This document shows, in pieces, positions 43,469-53,846 of a stretch of 64,000 bases of DNA (position 1 is its first letter; every line of letters starts with the position of its first letter). Below the pieces are notes generated by a model that ran no database searches, was not told where the DNA came from, and worked only from the letters and a program-made list of their open reading frames with translations. The translations under genes were made by a program, and so were the position numbers. The DNA is taken from NCBI GenBank assembly GCA_963818035.1, contig CAWFQR010000003.1:64282-128281 (forward strand), read 5' to 3'. The DNA comes from an uncultured Solirubrobacteraceae bacterium. GTDB lineage: Bacteria > Actinomycetota > Thermoleophilia > Solirubrobacterales > Solirubrobacteraceae.

Positions 43469-43670
43469 GGCGGCAGTCTAAACCGCGAACGCCGCAGCGC
43501 CGGCACGGAGGACGCTGGTCGCGCCTGCGACCACATTCACCACGTCCGGGAGCGCGGTTCACCCGCCGCGGTCGAGCGGGATGAGGGCCACAGCGCCGTC
43601 GCCGTGCGCCTCGACGGCTCCGTCGAACGCTTCGCACTCGGGGTGGTTCGATCTGGACCGCGGCGCGATA

Positions 43671-44546
43671 ATGGGCGAAATGGAGGCACGAGAGCGCGAT
43701 CTTCAGATCGAGGGCCTCACGCTCCGAGTACGCGAGTCGGGCGATCCGGGCGGCCAGCCGGTCCTGCACTTCCACGGGACCCCCGGCTGTCGCCTCGAGA
43801 TGGCGTGGGCCGATGATCTGCTGGCCGATGCCGGCGTCCGCTGGATCGCCTTCGATCGACCGGGCTACGGGGGCTCGACGCCCACCGCCTTCAGCATCGG
43901 GTCGATCGCGCGGATCGCCCTCCAGGTGGCGGACCGGTACGACGTGGAGCGGTTCCGGACGTCGGGCTGGTCCGGCGGCGGGCCGTTCGCCCTCGCCACG
44001 GCGGCCGTCGCCGGCGATCGGGTCGAAGCCGTCAACGTGATCGCAGGCGCCGCCCCGTTCCAGCTCGTGCCCGGGGCGCTGGACGTCCTATCGGAGGGTG
44101 ATCGGGCCGCCGAGCGCCTGCTTCCCGGAGACCCCGAGGGGGCGTGTGCCGGCTTCGCCGAGGGATTCGACATGGCCGCGGCGCTCGGGAGCTCCAGATC
44201 CCTCTACGAGGCGTTCGAGCCGCTGCTGTCCGACTCGGACCGGCGGCTGTGGGACGCCCACTCCGAGCATTTGCTCGCCGACGTCCGCGAGGCGTTGCGC
44301 CAGGGCGTCCTAGGGTGCGGCTGGGACAACGTCGCATGGATCGGCGCTTGGGACGTCGACCCCACCACCGTCGAGTGCCCTGTGCTCCTCTGGTACGGAA
44401 CCGAGGATCGTATGGCCGAGCCGATACACGGCCACTGGCTCGCCGAGAATCTGCCGAACGCCCGTCTGACGATGAACGAGGGTGAGGGACACCTGCAAGC
44501 CTTCGCGCGTCTTGCGGAGATGCTTCCCGAGTTCCTGAGGGCATGA
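43671..44546 (+). CDS. Alpha/beta hydrolase
   Basis: FHGTPG, DRPGYGGS, GWSGGG, WYGTED, GEGH. Confidence 0.92.
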   Translation: MGEMEARERDLQIEGLTLRVRESGDPGGQPVLHFHGTPGCRLEMAWADDLLADAGVRWIAFDRPGYGGSTPTAFSIGSIARIALQVADRYDVERFRTSGWSGGGPFALATAAVAGDRVEAVNVIAGAAPFQLVPGALDVLSEGDRAAERLLPGDPEGACAGFAEGFDMAAALGSSRSLYEAFEPLLSDSDRRLWDAHSEHLLADVREALRQGVLGCGWDNVAWIGAWDVDPTTVECPVLLWYGTEDRMAEPIHGHWLAENLPNARLTMNEGEGHLQAFARLAEMLPEFLRA

Positions 44547-44820
44547 GCACGCGCGACGCCCGCCGATCCGCACGAAGCGGGGTCGCTGCTTCGTGGGCGC
44601 GATGAAGCGGACCGTCGAAGGCGCGGCAGCGTTCGGGGTCATCGGGGAACGGGGCGCGGGCGCCCCGGAATGACCTAGAAAGCGCGCGGCCGGCAGATCT
44701 CCGAGCCGCCGTAGCGGCGTGCGGGCCGCACGGTCCAAGGGAACGCAGCGACCCGGAAGGAATCCCCTCTCCGCTCAAGAACTCGCTCTCAGGCGAGAGC
44801 AGGATCCACCCGTCCAGCGG

Positions 44821-45337
44821 CTACCAGCCGTCGACCGTGGTGGACTCGACGAAGCCGTTGGCTTCTACCGCCGTCCCGACGAACCCGCCGAGCACGTAGA
44901 AGACGCGGCCCCACAGGATCTGTCCGGTGTTCCCGCCGGAGCTCGGCTGAAGCAACGGGGCGAGCTGCTCCCAGCTGTTGGTCCAAGGTGTGTAGAGCTC
45001 GACATCCGCCAACGGCCCATGGCCCTCGATCCCCCCGCCGGCGGCGATGATCTGCCCGTCTGCGAGCGTGCCGACGGCCGGATAGCTGCGCGCGATCGGG
45101 ATCTGCGCCTCGGCTTTCCAGCTGTTGGTCCTCGGATCGTACGCTTCGACCGTGCTGAGTCGTTCGCCTTCTTCGTTGCTTCCCCCGATCACGTACAACA
45201 GCCCGTCGGAGAAGGTCGCGGCGGCAAGGAACCGAGGCGTTTTCATCGGCGCGCCCATCGTCCACCGGTCGTGCTGGGGATCGTAGATCTGTAAGGCGGC
45301 GACACCTTCACCGCTCGTGTCGAAGCCCCCGGCGACA
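44821..45337 (-). pseudogene. 5'-truncated Kelch-repeat gene
   Basis: Kelch units (LYVIGG...VEAYDPRTNSW). The frame extends upstream of ATG 45258 as IVAGGFDTSGEGVAALQIYDPQHDRW and then loses coding character; only ~4 blades remain. Confidence 0.7.
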
Positions 45338-46371
45338 ATCCCGACGGCGTCGACGTCATGCCCTCAGGGGGCCCATATCGCGTGGCCTCCCGCACAGCGG
45401 ACGAGGGCATCGAGCTGGTCCGCAACCCCAACTACGCCGGCCGTCGGCCGCATTCGCTCAACCGGATCGAGGTGTCGGTGGGCGTGCCCGGCGAACGAGC
45501 GCTCGCACAGGTCGAGAACGGGCAAGCCGACTACGCGTTGAACGGAGAGGTGACCCGAGCAGCGGCCGGCGCTCTCGACGCGCGCTACGGACCCGGGAGC
45601 CCGGCGGCGAAGGCCGGACACCAGCGCTACTTCGTCAACCCCTACCCCAACTTGAGCTTCCTGGCGCTGAACTCACGGCGGCCGCTGTTCGCCGGTCCCA
45701 AGATGCGCCGCGCTGTCAGCTACGCGATCAACCGCGCCGCTCTCGCGCAACTCGGCGGAGCGGAAACGAGCCTCCCCGAGACGCCCATCGACCACTATCT
45801 GCCTCCGGGGATGCCGGGCTTCCGCGATGTGCGCGCTTATCCCTATGCACCCGATGCGTCGGAGGCGAGACGGCTCGTCGCGGGCAACCGTGGCGCAACG
45901 GCGATCCTCTACACGTGCGAGGAAGCAGTGTGCAAAGGTCGCGCCCGGGTCATCGTCTCGGAGTTGTCGGCAATCGAACTGCGGGTACGTGTCGAGCAGT
46001 TCCCGGACTCGACCCTGTACACGAAGCTCGCAACCCCCGGTGCGCGGTTCGACATCGCGACCCTCGAATGGGAGCCGAGCTACGTCGATCCCGACGCACT
46101 CCTGAACTTCTTCCTCGAGAGCCGGCAGGCGATCCCCAGCCTCGCCGACCGCACGGTGGCCGCTCGCCTCGCTGCAGCAGCCCGCCTCACCGGGCCGGCG
46201 CGCTACCTCGCTTATGGCCGGCTCGACGTCGAGATCGCGCGGGCCGCGGCACCATTGGTCGCGTACGGGGTGGCCTCGTCGCACGATTTCTTCTCCGCGC
46301 GCATCGGTTGCGAGCGCTACGGCGTCTTCGGCTACGACGTAGGCGCTCTCTGTATCCGCCACGAAGGTTGA
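45337..46371 (+). pseudogene. 5'-truncated ABC peptide substrate-binding protein (family 5)
   Basis: PSGGPYRV...LVRNPNY, LALNSRRPLF...RRAVSYAINR; N-terminal half and signal peptide missing. Confidence 0.7.
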
Positions 46372-46540
46372 GGAAGGACGCGATGACCATGGCCGACCGT
46401 GACGGCTGGGGTGGCAGAGCTCGTCCTGAAACATCGCGAGGAGGCGGGTCGTCAGGGTCGAACTACGCCAGCGCGTATTCGAGCAATTCGACGAGATCGC
46501 GTTTTCGGGCAGGAATCGGAGTAGCTTGCAGTTGAGGCTC

Positions 46541-48508
46541 ATGCCGCCTAAGCCCAGCACCCGGAAACGATCCCAGCGCCTCGCTCGCCGGAGCGGTGGC
46601 ACGGACCCTGCGACGGACAGACGTGACGCATCCCGAGGGCGCCCCGACCAGGCAGCGCTCGAGCAAGCGGAGCAGCTCGCGCAAACGGGTACATGGGAGT
46701 GGGACCTTGATACCGACGTCCTGTTGTGGTCGGACAACATGTTTCGTCTCCTCGGTGTCGAGCCGGGTTCGGTCGCTCCCTCCCCCGAGTACGTGCTCGG
46801 GCGCGTACACCCCGAGGACCGGGACCGCGTCGAGTGGGAGGTCGAACTGGCCAGACGAGACGGGAGCTTGCCCGACCCCGTCTATCGCACGATCTGGCCC
46901 GACGGCACACTTCACGTGCTGCGCTCCTTTCCGGCTGTGGCGCACGAGCGGGAGGGTCGTCCACGCCGTCTCGTCGGTGCCGTCCAGGACGTGACGGCTC
47001 TTTCGGAGTCGCAGCAGCACACGGCTGAGTCGTTGACACTCATGGAAACGCTCGAGCGGGCCGCACCGGTCGGCTTTGCGTTCGTCGATCGCGATTTTCG
47101 CATCGTTCGAATCAACGAGAAGCTTGCCGAAGTCAACGGGGCCTCTCCGCAGGAGCACATCGGCCGGACCGTCGCCGAAATGGTCCCAGACGTGTGGGTC
47201 CAGATGGAGCATGTGTCCCGCCGCGTGCTCGAAACCGGCGAGCCTGCCACGAACATCGAGATCGAGCGTCGGACGCACGGTGAGCGCGACTTTCGACACT
47301 GGCTGGGGAGCTACTACCCAGTTCGGGTCAATGGAGACGTGCTCGGAGTCGGCATCATCGTGACCGACATAACTGAGCGGCAGGAAGCGGAGCACTTTCG
47401 CGCTGCCGTGATGGACACCATGGTCGAGGGGCTGTACGCACTCGATGACCAAGGCCGCCTGACGTTCATGAACGCCGCAGCTTCAAAGCTGCTCGGCTGG
47501 AGCGAGGATGAGCTGCGTGGGAAGTCGATGCACGATGCCATCCACTTCCAGCACGCGGACGGATCGCCATACGCGGACGAGGAATGCGAGTTGTTGAAGG
47601 TCAGGGTGCAAGGCCGGCGCATGCGCATGATGCACGACGCGTTTACGCGCAAAGACGGCACGATCTTCCCCGTTGCCTACTCGGCAGCGCCTCTGATGAG
47701 CGGGATGCACGTTCGTGGAATCGTTGTCGTGTTTCGCGATACCAGCGCTGAGCACGCCAAGCAGGACCGAGCCAAGCGCGAGCTGGACACGCTCGCCTGG
47801 GTTGGTCGCATCCAAGACGCGCTCGACCAAGACCGGTTCGTCCTCTACTCGCAGCCGATCGTTCCCCTCGCAGGGGGCCAGCCCAGCCAGGAGCTGCTGC
47901 TACGGATGCGCGGACAGGGCGGCGAGATCATTGCGCCGGGGAGCTTCCTGCATGTAGCTGAGAAGTACGGGCAGATCGGCGAGATCGATCGCTGGGTAAT
48001 CGGTGAAGCGGTCCGTCTGGCCGCCGGTGGGATGCGCGTGGAGGCGAACCTCTCGGCAGCATCGATCGGCAACCTCGACCTGCTGTCGTTGATCGAGCGC
48101 CAGCTGCTTGCTGCCGACGCTGATCCATCGAATCTGATCTTCGAGATCACAGAGACAGCGCTGATGGAGGACGTCGAGGCCGGCACGGCCTTCGCGCAGG
48201 GGCTCGCTGGGATCGGCTGTCAGCTCGCTCTCGATGACTTCGGCACCGGGTACGGCAGCTTCACCTACCTGAAGGCGGTGCCCGTCTCCTATTTGAAGAT
48301 CGACATCGACTTCGTGCGCGACCTGGCGTCCAATCCGGCAAACCAGCACCTGGTCAGGGCAATCGTCGGGCTGGCCGACGGCTTTGGCTATGAGACGATC
48401 GCGGAGGGAGTAGAGGACGCCGAAACGCTCGCCCTTCTCACGGACTACGGCGTCGACTTCGCCCAGGGGTTCCACCTCGGACGTCCTGTGCCGATCGCGA
48501 AGAGCTAG
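46541..48508 (+). CDS. PAS-PAS-PAS-EAL c-di-GMP phosphodiesterase
   Basis: GTWEWD...VHPEDR, RINEKLAE, NAAASKLLGW; QPIV, ELLLR, FEITET, DDFGTGY, KIDIDF, AEGVE, QGF. No GGDEF domain. Confidence 0.93.
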   Translation: MPPKPSTRKRSQRLARRSGGTDPATDRRDASRGRPDQAALEQAEQLAQTGTWEWDLDTDVLLWSDNMFRLLGVEPGSVAPSPEYVLGRVHPEDRDRVEWEVELARRDGSLPDPVYRTIWPDGTLHVLRSFPAVAHEREGRPRRLVGAVQDVTALSESQQHTAESLTLMETLERAAPVGFAFVDRDFRIVRINEKLAEVNGASPQEHIGRTVAEMVPDVWVQMEHVSRRVLETGEPATNIEIERRTHGERDFRHWLGSYYPVRVNGDVLGVGIIVTDITERQEAEHFRAAVMDTMVEGLYALDDQGRLTFMNAAASKLLGWSEDELRGKSMHDAIHFQHADGSPYADEECELLKVRVQGRRMRMMHDAFTRKDGTIFPVAYSAAPLMSGMHVRGIVVVFRDTSAEHAKQDRAKRELDTLAWVGRIQDALDQDRFVLYSQPIVPLAGGQPSQELLLRMRGQGGEIIAPGSFLHVAEKYGQIGEIDRWVIGEAVRLAAGGMRVEANLSAASIGNLDLLSLIERQLLAADADPSNLIFEITETALMEDVEAGTAFAQGLAGIGCQLALDDFGTGYGSFTYLKAVPVSYLKIDIDFVRDLASNPANQHLVRAIVGLADGFGYETIAEGVEDAETLALLTDYGVDFAQGFHLGRPVPIAKS

Positions 48509-48612
48509 GGCCAGGCGGCGCGCTCCATGTCGCTGTCTTCGAGCTGGCGCGGTCGCGGCAGCAATTCGCACATCACGGAATCGAACCACCACTGACTCCT
48601 CCCGCTCCCGCG

Positions 48613-49809
48613 TCAGCTCCGCTGCGTTGCAGCAGCGCTCGCCGGAGATGTCGGCTCCCGCGGTGGCGCGGTGGAGGAGGTAAAAGCCTCGATTGCGTCG
48701 ATGACCGCCTCGAAGCGGATCGAGCAGAGGAGGTCGAACGAGTGCTGCGCGCCGGGCAGCTCGACGTAGACGACCGAATTCGCGGAGGCGCCGCCGGCCC
48801 GCTCAGCGAGTGCCCGTGCCGTCCTTGCTGGTGTGAGCGTGTCCTGATCGCCATGGACCACCAAAAGGGGCGCCGAGCCACGTGCCGCGTAGTCGAACGG
48901 CGAGGCCGGCGGCGCCGGGGGCTCGGCGGCGGCGCCGTAGTAGCCGTAGAGACCGACGATCGCCGCGACGGACGTGTCGACGTGCTCGAAGCCCGGCTGG
49001 AACGTGGGGTCATTCGAAGTGAAGCCGGCCAGTGTCGCGAGGCCGGCGCCATATGAGCTTCCCACGAGCACGATGCGGTCGGGGTCCCCGCCGTACTCAC
49101 TCGCATGTGAGCGGGCCCAGGCGATCAACTTCTTGACGTCGACGAGTTCGTCCGGGAAGACAGCCGAGGGGGCGAGCCGGTAGGTGGCGCTGATACAGAC
49201 CCAGCCGCTGCGCGCGAGGCGGAACAGCAGCCGTCGCGCATAGAAGCTCTTGCGCCCCGGAGCGAGCGAGAAGCCGCCACCGTGCAAGTGGATCAGCACC
49301 GGCTGGCCGCTCTCGGCGGGGGCGCGTCGACGGTAGAGATCGAGGCGGTTACGGCGGCCGGCGTTGCCGTAGCTGAGGTTGGCGATGCGTCTCGCACCTG
49401 GATGGAAGATGGGCAGTGGCGCGAGCACGATCCGAGCCCACGGACGCGGTCGGGCGAGCGCGGAGCCGTGCCCTGCGAGCCGCCACGCCGAGCCCAAACT
49501 CCGGTCGAATGCCAGCTCGATCGCGGTCCTCGCGCGCAGGGCCCGACGGAGCAGGACGGGCGTCGCGGCGAATGCGCAGGCAACGAGCGCGACGGTCGCC
49601 CACACCCCGGTCCCGTGGAGGTGGTGTTCGGAAGCAGCCAGCCAGGCGGAGACACCCATCCAGTACAGAGCCAGGAACGGAGACTCGTTCGGGAGGGCGC
49701 TGAGAAGCCATGTGATCACCCCAAGCACTCCCGAGCGGGAAAGCGGCCGAAGCGAGCTCAGCATCCCGAGAGCGACCAGACCGGCCGTGATCAGAAAGCC
49801 GATCGGCAC
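48613..49809 (-). CDS. Membrane-anchored HSL-family lipase/esterase
   Basis: HLHGGGF, GSSYGA, VHGDQD, GAQHSFD. Confidence 0.88.
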   Translation of the reverse strand: MPIGFLITAGLVALGMLSSLRPLSRSGVLGVITWLLSALPNESPFLALYWMGVSAWLAASEHHLHGTGVWATVALVACAFAATPVLLRRALRARTAIELAFDRSLGSAWRLAGHGSALARPRPWARIVLAPLPIFHPGARRIANLSYGNAGRRNRLDLYRRRAPAESGQPVLIHLHGGGFSLAPGRKSFYARRLLFRLARSGWVCISATYRLAPSAVFPDELVDVKKLIAWARSHASEYGGDPDRIVLVGSSYGAGLATLAGFTSNDPTFQPGFEHVDTSVAAIVGLYGYYGAAAEPPAPPASPFDYAARGSAPLLVVHGDQDTLTPARTARALAERAGGASANSVVYVELPGAQHSFDLLCSIRFEAVIDAIEAFTSSTAPPREPTSPASAAATQRS

Positions 49810-50276
49810 ATCCCACCCCCCGCTCGATGCTCGGCGCGTCGAGCGATCCGCTCGAGCATCCGACGAACGGCGACCACGTGGCCGCCACTGCCGATCACGA
49901 GGGCCCGGTAGGCCGCCCCGTGGAGACCTGGGAACGTCGCGTAGGAGCGGGCACGGAGCATCAGCTCTGCGCCGGCCCTGTCAACGGTGAGATCGAGCCG
50001 GTAGCGCGAGAAGCGGTGGCGACCATCGAGCACCAGGCGCCGTCCGGGCACCGCACAGGTGACACGGAACCCCGGCAACGCCGAACCGCTCTGCAGCGGC
50101 CGCGGGCCGCCAGCGCGCGACGGCTCGAGACCGAGGACATGGACGAGCGCACGGGGCATGCGTTCTGCGCTCCCGGAGAGCACGTCGACCGCCGCGGCCC
50201 ACGCTACGAGGGGCGCGGCTTCGATCAGCCGGTCGTGCTCGTCGATGAAGGAGAGGTCGGATCCCGCGCCGGTCAC
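49791..50276 (-). CDS. Conserved actinobacterial hypothetical protein
   Basis: FIDEH...LVLDGRHRFSRYRL...FPGLHGAAYRALVIGSGGH; overlaps both neighbours. Confidence 0.7.
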   Translation of the reverse strand: MTGAGSDLSFIDEHDRLIEAAPLVAWAAAVDVLSGSAERMPRALVHVLGLEPSRAGGPRPLQSGSALPGFRVTCAVPGRRLVLDGRHRFSRYRLDLTVDRAGAELMLRARSYATFPGLHGAAYRALVIGSGGHVVAVRRMLERIARRAEHRAGGGMCRSAF

Positions 50277-51112
50277 GATTCTTGGTGTGGTCGTTCGCGC
50301 AGGTTGCGGACGGCGGCCTGGAAACTTCGGGTCGTGAAGCAGTGGGGCTCGGCGAGCTCCTCCAGCGCGATCGCGGTGACCCAGTTCGCGTCCGCCGCCG
50401 CACGCAGAAGCGGCTTGGTCATCTCGAGGGCGTGCGGCGGCAGCGCCAGGATGCGCTCGCACCACTCCTCGACGCGGCCACTGAGCTCACCGTGAGGCAC
50501 AACCTCGTGCACGAGCCCGGCTTCCTGCGCCTCCGCCGCGCCGAGGTGACGACCCGATACGTAGTAGGCGAAGGCGCCCTGCAGACCGAGCACCCTCGTC
50601 AGCACCCAGCTGGTCCCGACCTCCGGGACGAGCCCCAAACTTCCGAACGCGGGCACCAGCACGGCTCGCTCGCTTGCGATCGTCAGGTCCGCGGTGAGCG
50701 CCCAAGCGAGGCCGACGCCTGCGGCCGGACCGTTCAGCGCGGCGATCACCGCCTTGTCGCTGCCGGCGATGGCCCGCGCGACTCCTCCGAACTCGCGTCG
50801 GATCCAGCGCCATATGTCGGTCGAGCCGGCGGGGTCGGTCAGCCGCTCCTCGCTCGCGCGCATCATGTCCAGGTCTCCGCCGGCGGAGAACGCGGGATCC
50901 TCGCCGGTGAGGACGATCACACGCACCTCGGGGTCCGACAGGAGCTGTTCAAACGCGCGACGAACACCCCGAACCACACCGGCGCTCAGCGCGTTGAGCT
51001 TCTCGGGCCGGCGCATCACGATCCTCGCCTGCCCCCCACCGCGCTCGATCTGCACGACAGCGTCGGCGGTCGCGTCGCCGTCTGCGACCAGCTCGTCGTA
51101 GACGCTCATCAT
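50273..51112 (-). CDS. Enoyl-CoA hydratase/isomerase
   Basis: RPEKLNAL, FSAGGDL, NGPAAGVG, GLVPEVG. Confidence 0.93.
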   Translation of the reverse strand: MMSVYDELVADGDATADAVVQIERGGGQARIVMRRPEKLNALSAGVVRGVRRAFEQLLSDPEVRVIVLTGEDPAFSAGGDLDMMRASEERLTDPAGSTDIWRWIRREFGGVARAIAGSDKAVIAALNGPAAGVGLAWALTADLTIASERAVLVPAFGSLGLVPEVGTSWVLTRVLGLQGAFAYYVSGRHLGAAEAQEAGLVHEVVPHGELSGRVEEWCERILALPPHALEMTKPLLRAAADANWVTAIALEELAEPHCFTTRSFQAAVRNLRERPHQES

Positions 51113-51744
51113 GTCTCGATGGTCAGCTCGGAAGAAGCCTCACCGTCACGCGGCGCGCCAGCCTCGAGCACGGCGCGGACCGCGACCTCGACGTTCGCGC
51201 GTAGCGAGCGCGGCAGCGGAGCGTCAGCGTTCAGGTGCCGGCGCACGGCGCCGTAGGGGAGATCGAACGCCGCCAGCATCACGAGCTCTTGGGCATGTTC
51301 TTGCTCGCCCCCGAGCTGTCTCGCGAGCTCCGCCACGGCCTCGGCCACTGGACGGTTGAGTCTCCGTAGTCGTGCCTTGAGCGGGTCTGACAGCGGCGAG
51401 CGCACGAGATCCTCGAAGCGCAGCGAGCACAGCAAGCGCGCGTCGTCGTGGTCCGTGACCGCGAAGTCGACGATCGAGAGCCCCGCGGCGACGACGGCCT
51501 CGAGCGGACCCGGGCTCGCCTCGATCGCGGCGAGGAACCGCCCTTGAGACCGCTTGACGGCGCGCATCCACAGTTCGACCAGCACCACGTCGCGCGAGCC
51601 GAAGCGATGGTAGATCGACCCTGCCGGCGCCCCGCTCGTCCTTGCGATCGCTCCGATCGTCGCGCCGGGGGCGCCATCGGCGAGCACCACCGAACGAGCC
51701 GCGTCGAGAATCTGATCCGAGGTGTGAAGCGTTGGCCGCGCCAT
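51109..51744 (-). CDS. TetR family regulator
   Basis: ILDAARSVV...TIGAIARTSGAPAGSIYHRFGSRD. Confidence 0.93.
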   Translation of the reverse strand: MARPTLHTSDQILDAARSVVLADGAPGATIGAIARTSGAPAGSIYHRFGSRDVVLVELWMRAVKRSQGRFLAAIEASPGPLEAVVAAGLSIVDFAVTDHDDARLLCSLRFEDLVRSPLSDPLKARLRRLNRPVAEAVAELARQLGGEQEHAQELVMLAAFDLPYGAVRRHLNADAPLPRSLRANVEVAVRAVLEAGAPRDGEASSELTIET

Positions 51745-51946
51745 CTAGTTTGTTCATTCTAGTATGTTTGTTTTAAAAGTCAAGGCGCTCCTTGCGAGAC
51801 AGCCGAGACGGCTCCGCTTCAGCCGCAGGCCGGTGCCGGCTGCCGCCCCTCGGGGCCCGCACGAACGCCGGCTCGTCCGCCGACCAGTTCACACACGAAG
51901 CGAACGGGCGCTCGTCTCGCGTCGCGGCCGGCGCCGCGGGTGCGAG

Positions 51947-52537
51947 TCAGCAGACGGCGCGTTCGAACGCACCGCGGTCCGCAGGCGGCCCGTGCGTCGG
52001 AAGCGCGAACTCGATCGGCAGGCGCAGCAGGTCGCGCAACGACCCGAGCACGTCTGGGTGGGAGATACCGTCAGGCCCCCAGCCGTCGGGGAGTTCGAGT
52101 CCGTTGCCGACATCGATCAGCGTGTCGCCGAAGACCAGAGCGCGATGTGTCTCGAACCAGAGCACGACATCGATCGGCTCGAGGCCTGGGAGAACCTCTG
52201 CCCCGATCGGTAGGCGATCTCCGACCGCAAAGCGCGTTGCGGCGAGCGTCTCGGGGCTCTCGGGATCGGGCGGCGGCGCGAGCACCGGTCGACCGAGCCG
52301 CGCCGCATCACGCGCGTGCCACGGACACGTCAGGACGCTGATCGCCGTGCGTCCTTCGATCAGATCGTCGAGGCCGGAGTCCGGCACGACCGGGTCGATG
52401 AGCGCGACCTGGTCCGCGACCGAGAACGCGTAGCAGGAGACCTCGGGCCCCCAGATATGGCCGGCGTTGTCGTCCTCTGTCGTCCACTGCGGGTGCGGCG
52501 CCGTCCAATGCCATAAGCCAGGGATGAGCTCTCTCAC
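51947..52537 (-). CDS. Metallo-beta-lactamase-like fold hypothetical protein
   Basis: LIDP, TCPWHARD, LVFGDTL, LPTHG. Confidence 0.7.
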   Translation of the reverse strand: MRELIPGLWHWTAPHPQWTTEDDNAGHIWGPEVSCYAFSVADQVALIDPVVPDSGLDDLIEGRTAISVLTCPWHARDAARLGRPVLAPPPDPESPETLAATRFAVGDRLPIGAEVLPGLEPIDVVLWFETHRALVFGDTLIDVGNGLELPDGWGPDGISHPDVLGSLRDLLRLPIEFALPTHGPPADRGAFERAVC

Positions 52538-52653
52538 GGCCGAGAGCCTATCCGCGCGTTCGACTCGTGATGGCGGCCGCATCCTCGGCCGGTTCTGCCG
52601 GCCACGGCTCGGAGGGCCTCGGCTGTTCGTCGACGGCTGTGCTGACGGTGCAG

Positions 52654-53595
52654 CTACGCGACTGCGTCTCGGGTGATGAAGCGGTGGATGGCCTCGTTGG
52701 CGTGGTCCTGGAATGACGGGTCGGCCAGGTCGGGGAAGATGTCCGCTTGGTCGACCGCGGGACCCTTGAGCGTCTTGGCTGCGCTGGCGTAGAACACCCC
52801 GCTCGACAGGGTCGGGTCGGTGACGCCGTCGACCAGGCGCTTCGCGCCCACGTCGAGCTTGTGGGCGAGACCCGGAATGCGGGGCATCACGTACTTGGCC
52901 GCCATGCGCAGCGGTAGGGCAAGGTCGTTGGGCGCTTGGGTGCCGGTGGTGTTGCCAGGGCTCACGCTGATGAACCGGCGGTCGGGGTGTTGGCGGGACA
53001 GATAGGCCATCCACAGGACACCGATCAACTTGGCCTGCCCATAGGCGAGATTGACGTCAGGCTTACCGCCGGCGAAATAGCTGCCGTCGATGACCGTGGC
53101 GAGCTCGTCGGCGGAGTTTGACGCGAACGACGGCCGCTTGAACCCCATTTTCGGAATGCCCCTGGCTGCCTCGCTTCCGGCGAACACCGCCACCTCGCCA
53201 AGTCGGTCCTCGGCCAGGAGCGTCTCGAGAAGCACAACGTGGCCAAGGACGTTCTGGGCAAACATGTAAGTGACGCCGTCGGCGGTCAAGGCCATGGGCG
53301 TCTTGCCGCCCATGCCGCCGGCGTTCATGACCACCGCGTCGACCGACCCGTCGACGGTCGCCAGGCCGTCGCGGACCGAGCGCGGATCGGATACGTCCAT
53401 CAGAACGACGTCGAAGATGCGCCGGCCGGTCTCGGCCTCGAGCTCGGCCTTTGCCGTTGCCGCCCGGTCTTGGTTCCGGCACGCCAAGTAGATGCGGGCC
53501 GTCTCGGGGCGCGTTGCCAGCTGGCGGGCGATCTCTTTGCCGAGACCGACATTGGCGCCGGTTATCAACACGGTCTTCTCAGCGGTGGTTTCCAT
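52654..53595 (-). CDS. SDR family oxidoreductase
   Basis: ITGANVGLG, MNAG, YGQAK. Confidence 0.92.
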   Translation of the reverse strand: METTAEKTVLITGANVGLGKEIARQLATRPETARIYLACRNQDRAATAKAELEAETGRRIFDVVLMDVSDPRSVRDGLATVDGSVDAVVMNAGGMGGKTPMALTADGVTYMFAQNVLGHVVLLETLLAEDRLGEVAVFAGSEAARGIPKMGFKRPSFASNSADELATVIDGSYFAGGKPDVNLAYGQAKLIGVLWMAYLSRQHPDRRFISVSPGNTTGTQAPNDLALPLRMAAKYVMPRIPGLAHKLDVGAKRLVDGVTDPTLSSGVFYASAAKTLKGPAVDQADIFPDLADPSFQDHANEAIHRFITRDAVA

Positions 53596-53846
53596 TTGAG
53601 TGTTTGGCTCCTTGGGTGAAAGCGGTCGGTAGTGGTCAGGCTGTTGCGTCTGGTCGAGGTCGCTCCCGAGCTATTGGCGGATCCCCTGCGGTCCGTGGCC
53701 ACCGGCATCGAGACCTGCGCTATCCGCCGCCGGCGGGCAACCCAGCGACCTCGTGCGGGCTGCGGGCGAGCAGGATCGTGGGCGGTCGACCGAGTGGGTC
53801 CGTGGCCGAATTCCGGAAATGGTGACGAGCCGCGTCTCCTGCGCTC

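Noticed and set aside
43671-43683. ATGGGCGAAATGG as a third copy of the tRNA-Val att
   Set aside because: Only 8 contiguous matching bases and it coincides with a gene start; compatible with chance.
48575-48600. GGTTCGATTCC T-loop-like sequence on the minus strand
   Set aside because: No proper T-stem, acceptor stem or cloverleaf around it.
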